Notes under the pieces: model-generated
Told to the model about the DNA's origin: nothing
The model's input: the letters and a program-made list of their open reading frames with translations, nothing else
Database searches by the model: none
Shown here: one piece after another, positions 63,378 through 64,000 of the stretch
Position numbering within the stretch: the first letter of the stretch is position 1
How the letters are laid out: the number at the start of each line of letters is the position of its first letter
Origin: Vicugna vicugna
Lineage: Eukaryota
DNA: 64,000 nt
Assembly (NCBI GenBank): GCA_013265495.1
Contig: MU058844.1
Location: 6,633,260-6,697,259, forward strand
Direction: 5' to 3'
Translations under genes and position numbers: made by a program

Positions 63378-64000
63378 GTAAAGTACAAAATAAGGAAGTT
63401 AGATTAAAAAATATACAAAATGTCATTTTAGAGGTTTTTGTCTTTTACTTTTGTCACAGTATAGTTTGCTGTTTAATGAATGCTATTGCTTTTATACAAG
63501 GATCTTGAGATTTACATCTTCTTTGGCCTCAAATATGTATTTTTTAATATATTGTGGATTTTTTTTAGTACATGAGAAACACTGACTTGTTCCTCATTAA
63601 GGTAGCTTTATTTATGTCACCATAGATAAACCAATAATTACTGGTCCTTTGACTCTAAAAAACATACTGACCAAACCACCAGAAATATTTTTTCCTATAT
63701 AAATTACTAAATCGTATCTGAGAGATTCTATAACAATGAAAATACGCATTGGCCATGTAGACATAATTTAAGTAAATTTTAAAGTAAAGTTTTGTTATAA
63801 CTGTTTCATATGAGCCATGACTATTTCCATTCTTGTTCTCAAGCTGCATCAGCTGCATAGGAATGCAATCATAATATATATTAGCTGTTATAAAATCAGA
63901 ATGATTATTTTTCAGAGTTACCATTGACCTTTATTCTATGGTCAATAATTCTATATGATAGCACTTAAACCTATGACTATTCTACTTAAATAAGTGTATT

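Noticed and set aside
1..64000. CRISPR array, tRNA/rRNA genes, prokaryotic operons or a second protein-coding gene
   Set aside because: No repeat-spacer periodicity, tRNA/rRNA signature or other coherent exon chain was seen.

Overview
AT-rich mammalian genomic DNA. Two short L1 3'-end insertions, together with no recognisable Alu, Bov-A/BovB or PRE-1 SINEs, suggest a cetartiodactyl, probably a camelid (inference). The one protein-coding gene is SLC6A15 (B0AT2/SBAT1, Na+-coupled neutral amino-acid transporter, SLC6/NSS family) on the + strand. It has a CpG-island promoter and a non-coding exon 1 (~26.3-26.9 kb), then coding exons 2-11 (41646-63377). These splice with GT-AG boundaries into an uninterrupted 1818-nt/606-codon frame, and the last coding exon lies beyond the window. 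The first ~26 kb is intergenic and mostly old L1, L2, MIR, MaLR and ERV remnants. Notable accessory items are a full-length retroposed U1 snRNA copy with a 17-bp TSD in intron 1, an open read-through of the exon-5 donor resembling the human short isoform, two solo LTRs just upstream of the first coding exon, a GC-box/CRE/octamer cluster, CTCF-like motifs, and a nested L1 with microhomology-bounded deletions. I see no evidence of a wholly new biological system. Repeat family names are from recognition by eye, not from RepeatMasker.
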